Under the pieces are notes generated by a model that saw only the letters and a program-made list of their open reading frames with translations, searched no databases and was not told the DNA's origin. This document shows, in pieces, positions 7,887 to 8,090 of a DNA stretch of 8,090 nucleotides (position 1 is the stretch's first letter; every line of letters starts with the position of its first letter). This DNA comes from Trichoplax adhaerens. Lineage: Eukaryota > Animalia > Placozoa. Made by a program: the position numbers and the translations under genes. The DNA lies in the NCBI RefSeq assembly GCF_000150275.1, contig NW_002061193.1:1-8090 (forward strand), written 5' to 3'.

Positions 7887-8090
7887 GTACTGTGACTTAT
7901 ACTTATATTCAGAACATACTAATGCCAGATCCTTTAGGACACGAATAATTTCAATCCTTCTGTCGCACTTTAATTTCTAACTGAATAAAATTGAAATGGA
8001 GTTGGTAGTATTAGATTTCCTACCTAGTATATATTAATGTAACATAACAAACTAGATTTCTCGTTACTACGTTTAGCATTTATCCTATCA

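Noticed and set aside
7598-7948. ORF 7598-7948 as a standalone protein, or as a bacterial antiphage STAND (Avs-like) gene
   Set aside because: Only 7656-7886 resembles NB-ARC, and the flanks look like read-through into introns. Splice signals, low coding density and lack of operon structure indicate a eukaryote.
1-8090. CRISPR array, tRNA/rRNA genes, intact transposon
   Set aside because: I saw no regularly spaced repeats, cloverleaf or rRNA-like segments, long transposase/RT frames, or terminal repeats.

Overview
This is AT-rich, intron-containing eukaryotic (animal-like) genomic DNA, not a prokaryotic operon. The supplied ORF track therefore captures only pieces of exons. Two genes point away from each other. 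(1) At the left edge on the minus strand is the start of a small secreted prepropeptide (signal peptide, acidic pro-region, then DP-FIWRR...), which runs out of the window and looks like an antimicrobial or bioactive peptide precursor. The ORF track misses it. (2) At the right on the plus strand is the 5' part of a spliced Apaf-1-like STAND NTPase with a Death domain instead of a CARD in front of its NB-ARC domain. Its exons are 6024-6107, 6858-7094 and 7656-7886, all joined by phase-1 introns, and the gene continues past the window. Between the two genes lie a CCAAT/TATA promoter-like island (~1500-1640) and ~4 kb of non-coding-looking DNA with several exon-like segments, possibly a decayed minus-strand gene or a spliced non-coding transcript. 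A placozoan or other early-branching invertebrate origin is my inference from composition and gene content and is unverified.
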